Numbered from the stretch's first letter, positions 20,134-31,514 are shown. The stretch is 64,000 nucleotides of DNA from Paramoeba atlantica (GCA_977017575.1 CDRNVI010000044.1:124001-188000), one strand, 5' to 3'. The notes: generated by a model not told the origin, from the letters alone. A program made the numbers and translations.

Positions 20134-23100
20134 ATGTCGTTTCTCAGCGGTTTTCGACACCGTGACTTCGCCTGTGACGCCTCCCGCTATGAGTCCGACA
20201 TTGTCATTCACGCCATGCAAACCGCACTGATGAGCGATGCCGAAATGCTCCACCTCTCCACCGTGTCCGTGAATACGACCCATTTTGAATGCGACCCCCA
20301 ATTTCCGTGGATGCCGAAACTTCTCACTACGGATCCAAGCCCCGAAAAGAGCGCCTCAGAGCCTGCTGCTGAACGCATCACTCTTTTTGATCCACGAATG
20401 GGGAACATTGACATGGGACGGGACCTGCATAAAGGATGTACGACGTGTGTGGCCTCGTTTTCTTCCTCCTCCACTTCAGGACCCCATAATACTCAAAATG
20501 GTAGTAAATTTTCTACGCTTTCTACTCGAGACGCGGTCCATCCCCGATGTGGGGGCCACTTTGGGATTATCCGTCTTCCCCTCCGTGTGTGTCACCCCGT
20601 CGTGGCCCCGGAGGTGCTTACTCTTCTCCGGGTGCTTTGCTGGCATTGCCAGCGTCTGCGCTGTGGGGAGACGATTACGGCGCTTGCGGTGCAAGCGCTG
20701 CAGTGTGCGGATCACGGCCACACGCAGCAAGGGGAGAGTGTGCTGGAGGATATTGTGTTTCGTACCGCCAAGATTACGGTTTCCGGGGCGAAAAGAGAGG
20801 AGGTGATCATGCCGGAGGAGACGAACCCGGGGTTGTGTTCGAGTGCGACCATGGGGAGTATTCAGAATGTGCTGGAGAAGAGTAACTGCGAGAGAGCGGG
20901 AGGAGGCAAAACGGGTGAGGTGGATAATTATGGGTTATTGTTGCGAGGGAAAATTATACGAGCGGTTTTAAAGCGTTCGATGGCGAATAAATGTGTGCAT
21001 TGCAATCATATGCAGCCCCGGGATATACGACTTTTGGACAACGTGTTGTACTTCACTCTACCGCAGGATAAGAGGGATATTCCTTCCGCAGTTCTGGACC
21101 GGATCTCACGGGAACTCAAACTGTTCCGCAGGTCGTTTGCGTGGCTGTCTCCGGATGAGGCCTTTAAACTGCTTGCGAGTGCGTGGAGTAAGGAGGCGTT
21201 TATCCGCATGGCGTACCCGCCTTCAGGCGTACTCAAGCCATGGATCGAGTCTACAGAGTGGCCAGATCACAAACCCGACGAGTGGGCCTCGCGGTTTTTA
21301 CCTCAACAAGTTCTGGTGCCCCCGAATCACACACGTTATATCCACCCGGAGACAAACCGTCCCGGGTCTACCGTAGACACTGTAACCCAACTTCTGAGTA
21401 ATGTGATTCGGTACAGTAAAGAGTACACGGCCTGTGCTCACTCGGAGGCTGAAAACGTGAGTATTTTAAAGGAGCGCGCCTACAAACAGCTCCAGGCCAC
21501 GGTCAATATGCTCTATGAGGAGAAGATCACCTCGTTCACCAAAAAAGAAGGACTGTTCCGGAGTAACATGATGGGAAAACGCGTGAACCAGGCTTGTCGA
21601 ACTGTGATCACCCCGGACTCGTATATTTTCACCAACCAGCTGTGTCTGCCTCGTCGCATGGCCGTCCGGATGACCTTTCCCGATAGCATGTCGCTATGCT
21701 CGGACTCTCATCGAGCGCTGCTTACGAAATGTATTACGAACGGAACCATGCGGTACCCCGGATGTACCCATGTGGAAATTCAAAAAGATGGACACACCGA
21801 AACCATTGCGCTGGCGGGAAAAGAGCGACATTTGAAGCAAATCGCGGCTCGCATGCTTACCCACGTAGCCATGGGAGGCGATGTCATCCTGCATCGTCAT
21901 TTAATGGATGGCGATGTGGTTTTGTTCAACCGGCAGCCGACCTTACACAAACCCTCTATTGTCGGAAAGCGCATTATTGTCCGAGGAAATGACTACACTG
22001 TGCGGTTTCACTATGCCACCTGCAAAGGTTTTAACGCAGACTTCGACGGGGATGAGATGAATTGTCACGTTCCGCAAAGTGTGGCCGCAAGAGTCGAGGC
22101 GCTCACTCTGATGGATGCTAATCTGCAGTACTACGTCCCAAGTTCCGGACAACCGATTCGGGGTCTTATTCAGGACCATATTGTGGGGGCTTTTCTGCTC
22201 TCCAGTCGTGGTCGTACGGTAACCCGTACTCAATTCGGGGAGTATCTTTATGCGTTCGCTCACCCGATGAAACTCACGATTTCACTCCCCACACCTCATA
22301 TTTTAAAACCTTGTCCATTATGGTCGGGAAAGCAAGTGTTCTCCGAGGCCCTGCGGCTTACGACGTCTGCTCGACACAGTGAGAACGATGGGTTGTCGCT
22401 CCGGAACCGTTCCCATCTCTCCGCCTCATTTCTTCGAATGAATCCAACGGATCAGGAGGATGGGACAATTACGATTCAATCCAGTGAGCTGCTTGCCGGA
22501 GTGCTGGACAAAGCCAACATGGGGAGCTGCGAGAAATCGTTTATTCAGTACGTCGTGGAGACCTACGGCCACTCCGCGGGAGGGATGCTGCTCTCTGGTC
22601 TCGGTCGCATGCTTACGGTGTTCTGTCGCACCCGCGGGTTCTCACTTAATCTGGATGATGTGTTGTTAAAAGATGACCTCGTGGCGAACCCGAAGCTGAA
22701 TAAATCCCGCTCCCACATGCTGCAAAATGTAGATAACTGCTCACGAGGATCCACCGAACGAACGGTACTGCGAAGCATCTCGGAGTTAACTGACGTAATG
22801 AATCGGAGGCTGTTCCCCCATGGGACCTATGTGAGCTACCCGCGGAATAGTCTGCTGTTAATGACGCTGTCCGGTTCTCGTGGATCGGCGTCGAATGCCA
22901 CACAAATGTCGGTTTGCTTAGCCCAGCAGCTGTTTGATCACCAGCGGATTCGTCCGATGGCTTCGGAAAAAGTCCTGCCGTGTGTGTTTCCGCAGGATCA
23001 AAGAGCTCGAGCCAGGGGGTTCGTACGAGGCCGTTTCCTCAGTGGTGTGCATCCCGGGGAGTATTTCATCCACGCAGCTGCCGGGCGGGATGGGATTATT

Positions 23101-25164
23101 GACACGGCGATTAAAACCGCGCGCTCGGGGTATTTACAACGAGGTCTGGTGAAAGGCATGGAGACCACCACGCTGCATTGGGATGAAACCGTGCGTACCG
23201 GTGAAGGGGAGGTGCTGCAGTTTAAATACGGTGGAGATGGTTTGGATCCTTGTAAGTCATCTTCCCTGGCCCATTGGGAGTTTGTCGCGCGAAATGCGAC
23301 GGATTTAAGGCGAAGGTACGCCTCGTTAATTCGTGTGATGAAGGACACTATGCACGTGGGCCTGCGAGGGCTACGCAACGGGATGAAAGGGTTTTCTCCC
23401 AGTGATAAGCTAAAGCCTTTTGTGGATGAGCAACGAAACGAGCGGCAGTGGAAAAAGGAGATTCGTCAGGCGACGTCGTGCCGTCTGCTCCACGCTCGGT
23501 GTGACCCAGGTGAACCTGTTGGTATTATCGCGGCGCAGAGTATCGGTGAGCTGTCCACACAAATGACGCTAAATACGTTTCATCATGCAGGCACGTCGAT
23601 TGCGCATGTCACAGAGGGTATTCCTCGGCTCCGCGAATTACTGACCTACGCCAATGTGAGTGAACCGACGATTGTTCTCCCAATTAAAAACATCGGCGCT
23701 ACCGAGCAATTTGCCTTTTGTTGTCTTCGTGAGATTCTCACCCCTCTTAAGATGTATGATGCCCTTTCCGGAGCCGCACGCGTGCCCTACAGACATCGAA
23801 GTGTTCGTCGTGGAAGTTATTGTGAAATTGAACTCGACATTTTGTTTTCAGTAACGGAATTGGAAAATAGAAGGTCGCTGTTAGGCGCGTCGCCCCATAC
23901 CTTCTGTGAAGACTTTATCTACAGCGCTCAGAATTTGTTTCGAAGTGCTGTGCTTGTGGCTCATCGGGACATTCGTAAATCCGGAATCCTAAGAGAGTCG
24001 TCGGGAGCAGAGGAGGACAACTCAACAGCGGGTGGTAACACGACACACAGTGCTGCCCATCAGAGGAGTCACACAAATGAATCTGCTGAAGAGGCTACAA
24101 GCGACGCAGTGCCACACAGGACAGAATCTCACCAAGATACTGTGGACGACATTGCACAGTTTTTGGAATGTCAATCTTCTGCTTTTTCTGGTAACAGCGT
24201 TCACGGGAATGCAGCAAACACGGAGCGCAGTAAAACACCTCATCCGGCACAGGTCACCCATCCGGCTATCTCTGCCGAAGGCGCAGTACAGGGGGGCGCG
24301 CCTCCTTTCACCCAATGGGCCCGAAGCGCCATCACCATTTCCCTCTCCCGCAGCGGGATCTGTGTTCGCGCAAAAAACTTCCGAGCGCATTCCTACGACA
24401 CCGAGCGTGACTGCTTTGTGCTTTCCGGTTCCCTTACCCTTCCTGTGGACGCTGTGGTTGCTGTGGATGATATTCTTACTCACTCCCTTCGTGAGGTCTC
24501 ACTATCTTCTTCCAAACTAGACTATTCCGGAGAGATTTCCCATATTGATTTGCTTCGTAGCCGAACAGATTCTTCCGGAGAAATTGCCATCAAAGGAACC
24601 GCCGCGAAACTTTCCTTAGCCCTTCGTCTACGTTCCTGGATGGAATCCATTCTCTTCCGTACCCCTGCGGAGCGTATTCTAGAGTACAGCCACAAGAATA
24701 GCCTCGACTGTCCGTGCCCTGATCCGATCGCCCCTTTTTGCGAGCTCTCCACATTGCCTCCTCTCACCCCTGCCTCTATTGAGTGGCACCGGATTTTTTC
24801 CACCGACCCCAACGATATGGCAGAAACGTTTGGGATTGAAAGCGCCACAAATTACTTAGTTACCGATATGGTGCGACTGCTACAGAGTTATAAAGTGGAT
24901 TTACGGCATATTACCGTGCTCGCGGATACAGCCACCCATACCGGGCAATGCCTGGGGTTTCACCGTACTGGGATTGTGAAACAAGCCGTGAGTATGCCGT
25001 TCTATCAAATGACGTTTGAGACCGGAGGAAAGTTCCTGCATGATGGGGTGGTGCAGGCGGTCCAGGATCGGTTGCACTCGTTTAGTGGCTCCCTGATTGT
25101 GGGGAGGAGTCCGAAAGTGGGGACAAATATGGGAGAGGTGATGCTAGAGAGGGAAGGGGGGTAA
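20134..25164 (+). CDS. RPA1: RNA polymerase I largest subunit
   Basis: CGGHFG, KEGLFRSNMMGKRVNQACR, FNRQPTLH, catalytic NADFDGDEMN, LIQDHIVG, TARSGYLQR, TQMTLNTFH, EGIPRLRE. No CTD heptads. First ATG at 20134. Confidence 0.93.
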   Translation: MSFLSGFRHRDFACDASRYESDIVIHAMQTALMSDAEMLHLSTVSVNTTHFECDPQFPWMPKLLTTDPSPEKSASEPAAERITLFDPRMGNIDMGRDLHKGCTTCVASFSSSSTSGPHNTQNGSKFSTLSTRDAVHPRCGGHFGIIRLPLRVCHPVVAPEVLTLLRVLCWHCQRLRCGETITALAVQALQCADHGHTQQGESVLEDIVFRTAKITVSGAKREEVIMPEETNPGLCSSATMGSIQNVLEKSNCERAGGGKTGEVDNYGLLLRGKIIRAVLKRSMANKCVHCNHMQPRDIRLLDNVLYFTLPQDKRDIPSAVLDRISRELKLFRRSFAWLSPDEAFKLLASAWSKEAFIRMAYPPSGVLKPWIESTEWPDHKPDEWASRFLPQQVLVPPNHTRYIHPETNRPGSTVDTVTQLLSNVIRYSKEYTACAHSEAENVSILKERAYKQLQATVNMLYEEKITSFTKKEGLFRSNMMGKRVNQACRTVITPDSYIFTNQLCLPRRMAVRMTFPDSMSLCSDSHRALLTKCITNGTMRYPGCTHVEIQKDGHTETIALAGKERHLKQIAARMLTHVAMGGDVILHRHLMDGDVVLFNRQPTLHKPSIVGKRIIVRGNDYTVRFHYATCKGFNADFDGDEMNCHVPQSVAARVEALTLMDANLQYYVPSSGQPIRGLIQDHIVGAFLLSSRGRTVTRTQFGEYLYAFAHPMKLTISLPTPHILKPCPLWSGKQVFSEALRLTTSARHSENDGLSLRNRSHLSASFLRMNPTDQEDGTITIQSSELLAGVLDKANMGSCEKSFIQYVVETYGHSAGGMLLSGLGRMLTVFCRTRGFSLNLDDVLLKDDLVANPKLNKSRSHMLQNVDNCSRGSTERTVLRSISELTDVMNRRLFPHGTYVSYPRNSLLLMTLSGSRGSASNATQMSVCLAQQLFDHQRIRPMASEKVLPCVFPQDQRARARGFVRGRFLSGVHPGEYFIHAAAGRDGIIDTAIKTARSGYLQRGLVKGMETTTLHWDETVRTGEGEVLQFKYGGDGLDPCKSSSLAHWEFVARNATDLRRRYASLIRVMKDTMHVGLRGLRNGMKGFSPSDKLKPFVDEQRNERQWKKEIRQATSCRLLHARCDPGEPVGIIAAQSIGELSTQMTLNTFHHAGTSIAHVTEGIPRLRELLTYANVSEPTIVLPIKNIGATEQFAFCCLREILTPLKMYDALSGAARVPYRHRSVRRGSYCEIELDILFSVTELENRRSLLGASPHTFCEDFIYSAQNLFRSAVLVAHRDIRKSGILRESSGAEEDNSTAGGNTTHSAAHQRSHTNESAEEATSDAVPHRTESHQDTVDDIAQFLECQSSAFSGNSVHGNAANTERSKTPHPAQVTHPAISAEGAVQGGAPPFTQWARSAITISLSRSGICVRAKNFRAHSYDTERDCFVLSGSLTLPVDAVVAVDDILTHSLREVSLSSSKLDYSGEISHIDLLRSRTDSSGEIAIKGTAAKLSLALRLRSWMESILFRTPAERILEYSHKNSLDCPCPDPIAPFCELSTLPPLTPASIEWHRIFSTDPNDMAETFGIESATNYLVTDMVRLLQSYKVDLRHITVLADTATHTGQCLGFHRTGIVKQAVSMPFYQMTFETGGKFLHDGVVQAVQDRLHSFSGSLIVGRSPKVGTNMGEVMLEREGG

Positions 25165-25469
25165 GGATGGCAAGGATGGGCTGTTCTTCAAAGAGGCGGT
25201 TGAGAACGAGGCATCCGTAGACTCTGCAACACGAAATTTATTGTAGGCAACTTTCCTAAGGAAATATAAATTGCACAGTAGCGTGATCGTCCCGTCTAGA
25301 TAAACGGTAGATCGTAATGCAAAAATAAAAAGAAAACTCTCCTATTTTATCCGTATTGTTCGCCATCGAAATGCATTTTTTTATGGTCTAGCATCCTAGA
25401 AACCACTTTTTTTCACCTTTTTCTTCCCTTTCCCCCACCTTGCGTGTCAACTCTCGCCTCCTCGCCGCC

Positions 25470-27389
25470 ATGACTACCTTCCCCTTTCCCTGTCGCTACC
25501 CCCTCCCCCTCTCCGACCAAAACCCTGCCGCACGTCACGGCGCCCACCCCGAGCTCTGCGCGACCATTGCCAACGAAACCCCCTCCCCGAACCCCACCCC
25601 TTCCCCGGTTTCCTCCCGCATCACCCCCTCCTGGGGTCCAACCTCCCCTCCCCCCGCCTCTCCCCCGCAACCCTCAACCTCAACCCCCCCCTCCCCCCCC
25701 TCCCCCCTCGCCCTCCTCCACGACAACACCCGCAACCACGGCCTCGGCTTCACCCCGCACGAGCGCGACACCCTCCGCCTCTCCGGCCTCCTCCCCGACC
25801 GCACCCTCGCGCTCCCCGCCCACGTCGCGGCGACCCACGCCGCCTTCCTCGCCCTCCCCCCCGGGCTCCCGCGCTACGCCTTCGCCGCGCGCCTCGCCGC
25901 CGCCAACCACACGCTGTTCTCCCGCTGGCTCATCGACCACTTCGCCGCGGTCGCCCCCTCCGTCTACACCCCCGTCGTCGCGGACGCCTGCCTGGGGTTC
26001 GCCCAGCTCTACGAGACCCCCAACGGGCTCTACCTCACCCCGAGGCACCAGACCCGGTTTCTATCGATTCTACAAAACGTCCATGGACGGGACCGAGCGA
26101 ACCAGGTTGTGGTCGTCACCGATGGGGGCCGGATCCTGGGCCTCGGGGATCTCGGCGCCCACGGGATGCCGATCCCGATGGGGAAGTTAGCGCTGTACGG
26201 TGCGATTGGGGGCGTGGACCTCTCGAGGACCCTCCCGGTGATGCTGGATGTGGGAACGAACAATGAGAAGCTACGAAACGATGGCACCTATCTCGGGTGT
26301 GACGCCCCCCGGCTCTCCGGGGAGGAGTACTACCGTATGGTGGATGAGCTGCTGCGGGGGATTCATGCGCTGTGGCCGAGGTGTGTGGTGCAGTTTGAGG
26401 ATTTCAGCAGTTCCCAGGCGTGGATTCTGTTGCGCGCGTACCGGGAGAAGTTGTGTTGTTTCAACGATGATATCCAGGGCACCGGGGCCGTGGTCACCGC
26501 GGGGATTTTGAACGCGATGCGGTTGAAGGAGGGAAAAGGAGGGGAGGGGGTGAGGCAACAGCTCCGGGACAGTAAGTTTGTGATTGTGGGAGGGGGGAGT
26601 GCGGGGTTTGGGGTGAGCTACGCCCTGCACCACGTGATGAAGGCCACCGCAGGACTGTCCGATGAGGAAGCGGCGGGGAATCTGTTCGTAATGGATACCA
26701 AAGGGGTGTTGCCGATCCGTCGGGCGGTCGGGGATAAGAAACCGCTCCGTTTTGTGGCCAAAGATTTGGAGAACCCCTCGACCTGTTGTGGGGTCACGCC
26801 CTCGGATAATCTCCTCGAGGTGATTCGTAAAGTAAAGCCGGCCGGGGTGATTGGGCTTACCGGAGCCCCAGGTACGTTCTCTGAGGATGTGGTTCGTTTG
26901 CTGAGTGAGATCAACCCCTACCCGATTGTGTTCCCGCTAAGCAATCCTACCTCACGTGCGGAGTGTACGTTTCAACAAGCCTTGGAGTGGAGCGCTGGAA
27001 ATTGCATTTTTGCCTCTGGGAGTCCATTTGAGCCGGTAGAATACAACGGCGTGATGCGCTACTCGAACCAGGCGAATAATATGTATGTTTTCCCGGGAAT
27101 CGGGCTCGGGGCGATACTCGCAGACAGTCCAGTGTTAACGGATGAGATGTTTGCAGCCGCAGCCCATGCGCTGGCCAATACGGTGACGACCGAGTCGCTT
27201 TTGAAAACACAGCAGCTGTTTCCGGGCGTCTCGAAGGCACGGAATGGGTCGGCCCCGATTGCACGTGCGATTGTGGAAATTGCAAATCGGGAGAGAGGGT
27301 GTGAGGAGGCTACGCCGAGTGTGGAGGAAATAAGGAAGAGGATGTATGAGCCGGCGTATGGCCCAGTAGAGGGTAAAGGAGAGAACTGA
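25470..27389 (+). CDS. ME: NAD(P)-dependent malic enzyme
   Basis: VYTPVV, TDGGRILGLGDLG, GKLALY, QFEDF, FNDDIQGT, PLSNPT, NQANNMYVFPGIGLG. First ATG at 25470. Confidence 0.95.
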   Translation: MTTFPFPCRYPLPLSDQNPAARHGAHPELCATIANETPSPNPTPSPVSSRITPSWGPTSPPPASPPQPSTSTPPSPPSPLALLHDNTRNHGLGFTPHERDTLRLSGLLPDRTLALPAHVAATHAAFLALPPGLPRYAFAARLAAANHTLFSRWLIDHFAAVAPSVYTPVVADACLGFAQLYETPNGLYLTPRHQTRFLSILQNVHGRDRANQVVVVTDGGRILGLGDLGAHGMPIPMGKLALYGAIGGVDLSRTLPVMLDVGTNNEKLRNDGTYLGCDAPRLSGEEYYRMVDELLRGIHALWPRCVVQFEDFSSSQAWILLRAYREKLCCFNDDIQGTGAVVTAGILNAMRLKEGKGGEGVRQQLRDSKFVIVGGGSAGFGVSYALHHVMKATAGLSDEEAAGNLFVMDTKGVLPIRRAVGDKKPLRFVAKDLENPSTCCGVTPSDNLLEVIRKVKPAGVIGLTGAPGTFSEDVVRLLSEINPYPIVFPLSNPTSRAECTFQQALEWSAGNCIFASGSPFEPVEYNGVMRYSNQANNMYVFPGIGLGAILADSPVLTDEMFAAAAHALANTVTTESLLKTQQLFPGVSKARNGSAPIARAIVEIANRERGCEEATPSVEEIRKRMYEPAYGPVEGKGEN

Positions 27390-27997
27390 ATGGGTATGTG
27401 AGAGTGAAGGGGGGTGGGTTAGCGTGGGTGTGAGTAGGTACTTTGTACTTGGATGGATTGGACATGGACAATGGGAAATGTTTTTACCGAAAAAGAATGT
27501 TTGTTGACCCAAATTGGACGAGAAATTGAAACGAATGAAATGCGGATGTGGTTAGAAGTGGTCTAAATCTCGGAAAAAGGTGACAAAGGTGTTTTTATTG
27601 AGAGCAGAACTTTGAGCACGATCTACTACTTGACGTTTCTATTTAAGCTCTATTCTTAATACTTTTTGGTCCAATACAAACTTAGTAGCACTTAAACATA
27701 AGTGGTTCTTATCAAAAATGTGTCTCTCCATGACAAATAAATGCGACCTATAAAGTCGTAAATGTATAGCATGAGTTGGCTGACTTGAGTGTAAAAATTT
27801 GTGGGTGACGTAAATTGACGGGTCAGACGATTGCAATTTCTTTCTCTTTGTCTTTGAATGCAAACACGCGACTTGCCTTCCTCCGTCTCATGCTGAACTG
27901 CACGCTTTTTGCAACTCCAAGGGCGAAAGATCAAAAGAGCCCTGGTGTCCAATGGGCCCTTGAATACACTCCATTTTGAAGGACAGCGCATCGCAAG

Positions 27998-29338
27998 ATG
28001 GGATCTCCTGATTACTCGGGGGTGTTAAAAAAGCAGTGTGGTACGTTCCGTGGGCTGAAAACGGAACGCTATTTTGAGCTCTATGGTTGCTGTCTCACAT
28101 ATTTTCGAGACTGCGTAAATTGTGGTAAAGGAAAACCAGATGGTGTACTTAACTTAGACCAATCTTTTTGCGAAGACGAGGGAGACCACCGATTCTCACT
28201 CTCAGGACCACAATTGAAGAGGAAATATGTCTTTGAAGCACCAACATTAAAAGAAAAAGTCGCTTGGGTACATAAATTACAATGTGTATTAGAAGACTAT
28301 AGGGATTCGATTTCTCGAAGCAAGAGTTCAATTCTCTACAGCCGTCATGCGACATCGACAGTTGCGTTAGACGATTTCGAAGCGTTAGCGGTGATCGGAC
28401 GAGGTGCATTTGGCAAAGTGATGAAAGTACGCAAGAAGGATACGAACGAAATTTTTGCTATGAAAACGTTATGTAAGAACGTGATTGAGGAGCGAAATCT
28501 GATCGAACATACCATTGCGGAGAAGAGCATTCTTGAGAAGTTGCAACACCCTTTCATTGTGGGTCTTCACTATGCCTTCCAGACGAGCCGCAAGCTACAC
28601 CTGGTGCTCGATTTTCTAAGCGGTGGGGAACTTTTTTATCACATGCAGAACACAGGCCGACTTGGCGAGGACCGTGCACGTTTCTACACGGCCGAAATCG
28701 GTCTTGCCCTCGGGCACATCCACTCACACAATATCATTTATCGCGATCTTAAACCAGAAAATGTTGTTTTGGATAAAGATGGTCATGTTTGTCTGACAGA
28801 TTTCGGCTTAGCCAAGACCAACGTGAGAGGATGTTCTGCGAAAACTTTCTGCGGTACTCCGGAGTATCTCGCGCCCGAGTTTTTAACCGCCACGGCACAT
28901 GGAAAGGAAGTGGACTGGTGGTCACTTGGAGTTCTTCTCTACGAAATGCTACATGGTCTTCCCCCTTTCTACAGCGAGAATGTCTGTGACATGTATGAAC
29001 TGATTTTACACAAGAACTTGGAGTTTTCCTCGGATTGCAGCCCCGAAGCTGAGGACTTATGTCGAAAACTTTTGGAACGAGACCCGACGAAACGTCTCAA
29101 TGACATGAAGACATTTTCCTGCCAACCTTTCTTCTTGAGTTTGGACTTTGAGATGCTGCTGCGGCGTGAGATCAAACCTCCGTTTGTACCAGATCACTCT
29201 CAACTGAATTTTGATCGCCAGTTTACCACGACTTCGCCGAGATTTTCTTTTTGTCCAAGAGACGCTTGTAGCAGTGGTATTAAATACGCTGGGTTCTCCA
29301 TAGCAGGAGAGAGTTCAGGTACTCATTCGAAACATTAA
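27998..29338 (+). CDS. PH-domain AGC kinase (RAC/PKB-like)
   Basis: N-terminal PH domain (RYFEL...WVHKLQ), GRGAFGKV, YRDLKPEN, DFG, TFCGTPEYLAPE, and AGC tail KPPFVP. Confidence 0.93.
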   Translation: MGSPDYSGVLKKQCGTFRGLKTERYFELYGCCLTYFRDCVNCGKGKPDGVLNLDQSFCEDEGDHRFSLSGPQLKRKYVFEAPTLKEKVAWVHKLQCVLEDYRDSISRSKSSILYSRHATSTVALDDFEALAVIGRGAFGKVMKVRKKDTNEIFAMKTLCKNVIEERNLIEHTIAEKSILEKLQHPFIVGLHYAFQTSRKLHLVLDFLSGGELFYHMQNTGRLGEDRARFYTAEIGLALGHIHSHNIIYRDLKPENVVLDKDGHVCLTDFGLAKTNVRGCSAKTFCGTPEYLAPEFLTATAHGKEVDWWSLGVLLYEMLHGLPPFYSENVCDMYELILHKNLEFSSDCSPEAEDLCRKLLERDPTKRLNDMKTFSCQPFFLSLDFEMLLRREIKPPFVPDHSQLNFDRQFTTTSPRFSFCPRDACSSGIKYAGFSIAGESSGTHSKH

Positions 29339-29654
29339 ACTGTAAGATATCCATGTGGCATGCAAGATACTAGGTCTTCGAATAGTACAGTAAACTAGAG
29401 ACATACTGCATGTCTACTGTATGATACAGCAAAAAATTACTGTGTTACGCACCTTCACGCAGACAAATGTTTCACCATTATTGGGCTTTGTTTTGGCATA
29501 TTTTTATCTGCCAGTTTCTCATCGAAAACTCTTTTTATTGAATATAATTAAGAACTTAACCTTCGTTCTCCCTTCCCCACTTCCGGGCTTTTGCGCTTTC
29601 TTACCTTTTTGTATTTTCTTCATTTATTCTCTTTACATCCCGATATAGATGTAA

Positions 29655-30203
29655 ATGAAAATTACCTCACGTAGCTTAAGTACGGTTCCGACCCTTTATC
29701 GCCGACTGTTGAAAACGATCATTAAAAAGTTCGATACAGACCACGAGTTAATAATTCGGGCATGGAAAACCACGAAAGCTGAATTTCTGCGCAGCGGTTA
29801 CGAGAAAGATAAGAAGAAACTTGAAGCATTGAAACAGAAAGCAATTGGCGTCGAGCGTACCATTAGACAAGGAATTATTCCGATTTATCAATCTAGAAAA
29901 GATAAACAGAGACAATATCACAAGGTAGACCACGAAATTCTCAAAGGGAGTGATAACCACGTTGAGCCAGTTGATGGTCAGAGCTTCGTAACCAAATTTA
30001 AGGATTACATTAAGGATGATGATCACACAGCGGTAGAACAAATGTTAAGAAGTGTTGGCAGGTGGAATGAAAACATACATATCGAAAATACGAATTCATC
30101 TTCTAAAAGTAACGCTTCCGCGGAGAGCAACGGACGTGAAAAATCTGCTCCACATAAAGACTTTACAAAAATTAAATCAAGAAGATGGGTTAAAACAATT
30201 TAA
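29655..30203 (+). CDS. LYR-motif-like (mitochondrial) protein
   Basis: LYRRLLK...F N-terminal pattern. Confidence 0.55.
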   Translation: MKITSRSLSTVPTLYRRLLKTIIKKFDTDHELIIRAWKTTKAEFLRSGYEKDKKKLEALKQKAIGVERTIRQGIIPIYQSRKDKQRQYHKVDHEILKGSDNHVEPVDGQSFVTKFKDYIKDDDHTAVEQMLRSVGRWNENIHIENTNSSSKSNASAESNGREKSAPHKDFTKIKSRRWVKTI

Positions 30204-30487
30204 TCAAATCCCGTCTGAAATCTGTCTGCACCTCGTAATAGTGGATGTGAATGACGACGGACGATTTCTAGGTGATGAATGCCCCTAGTGAGTAGAACTG
30301 CAGTAAGCAGAAGACTTGATCCACTCTACAAAGAATATAACCCCCAGTTTTGTACGTCCATCCGGGTTCACGGACTAGGGTGCTAATAATATCATCAGCA
30401 CACTATAGACTATTAATATTTTGAAACAACCTTGATAAAAAAACTATTTCGAATGCTTCTAGTCTTTTACAGTGCGTCTATCGATTT

Positions 30488-31138
30488 ATGAATATGTCGG
30501 ACGGTGTGCCACATCGAGTTCGTGGTGCAGGTTTGCCGCAAGAATACGCTCTCGCCCTCTTCATCAAAGATATTCCGAATCCCCAAAAATCATGGTCTAC
30601 GCACACACCCGCGTGTGAATGGGATCGTGTGATGTGTGATGAGAAAAATAATGTTGAAAGGTTGGAGTGGTATGGTATTGGTCTTTCTGGTGAGTTCCAA
30701 TGGTCTTGTCTACCGAACTCTTTGTTGCATTTGAATTTGAGTTCAGATTATAGCAATGATGGCACTTTCAAGTACTTAAAGGGTGAGATTTCACATGTGG
30801 ACTTTGCATCATTACCGCGAGGTCTCTTGGAGCTATTTCTTTATGACTTGGGTATCTGCGGGTCCCTTGAAGTAAGCGATCTTCCTCCGTCGCTTCGCGT
30901 ATTGGATCTCTATGGAAACAACATACAAGGTAGTGTGGATTTTACCGCTCTGCCAGAAACGATGATCGAGATCTTTCTTCGTGGCAATCCTATTCAAGGA
31001 GTACCTGATTTTTCGAAACTTCCGCATGGCCTACAAAGGCTTACGCTCACCGACACCAAACTAACATTTCCTTCTGGAAAGCTTCCTTTTTGTGTGGAAA
31101 TACCGGATCCTTGTGAAAAAGCCCCCCCTTTCTTATGA
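30488..31138 (+). CDS. Leucine-rich repeat protein
   Basis: W-x-C-x-W-x2-V-x-C cap (WSTHTPACEWDRVMC) followed by LPxxLxxLxLxxNxxxGxxDxxxLP repeats. Confidence 0.85.
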   Translation: MNMSDGVPHRVRGAGLPQEYALALFIKDIPNPQKSWSTHTPACEWDRVMCDEKNNVERLEWYGIGLSGEFQWSCLPNSLLHLNLSSDYSNDGTFKYLKGEISHVDFASLPRGLLELFLYDLGICGSLEVSDLPPSLRVLDLYGNNIQGSVDFTALPETMIEIFLRGNPIQGVPDFSKLPHGLQRLTLTDTKLTFPSGKLPFCVEIPDPCEKAPPFL

Positions 31139-31514
31139 ATGTGAACGTAAAACGATTTATAAAAAGCAAACAAAGAGAATAAAGAAATAACACCGAAAAA
31201 TATCTTACGTCACGAAGAAAGATACTATCCCCCCTATCTAATAGGGCTACGCTCGGCCCTCCTTTTCACAGAGCCATTTTTTTCTAGAAGGCCAAAAACA
31301 ATTTCTGGGAAGGACCAATATTTGTGGAGTCCGCTGCGAAGCGGCGGATTTTTTTTCCCACAGCTACCCAGCCACCAAAAAGAATATCAAAAGGAGAATG
31401 ACCTAGTGTAGCAACGATAAAAAAAGGCGCCACGAAGCGGCTTTTTCCAAGATAATTTTCCATGTACCCCACCCTTAACACGGCTTTTTGCTCAAAATCG
31501 GAGGGCACCCGTTG

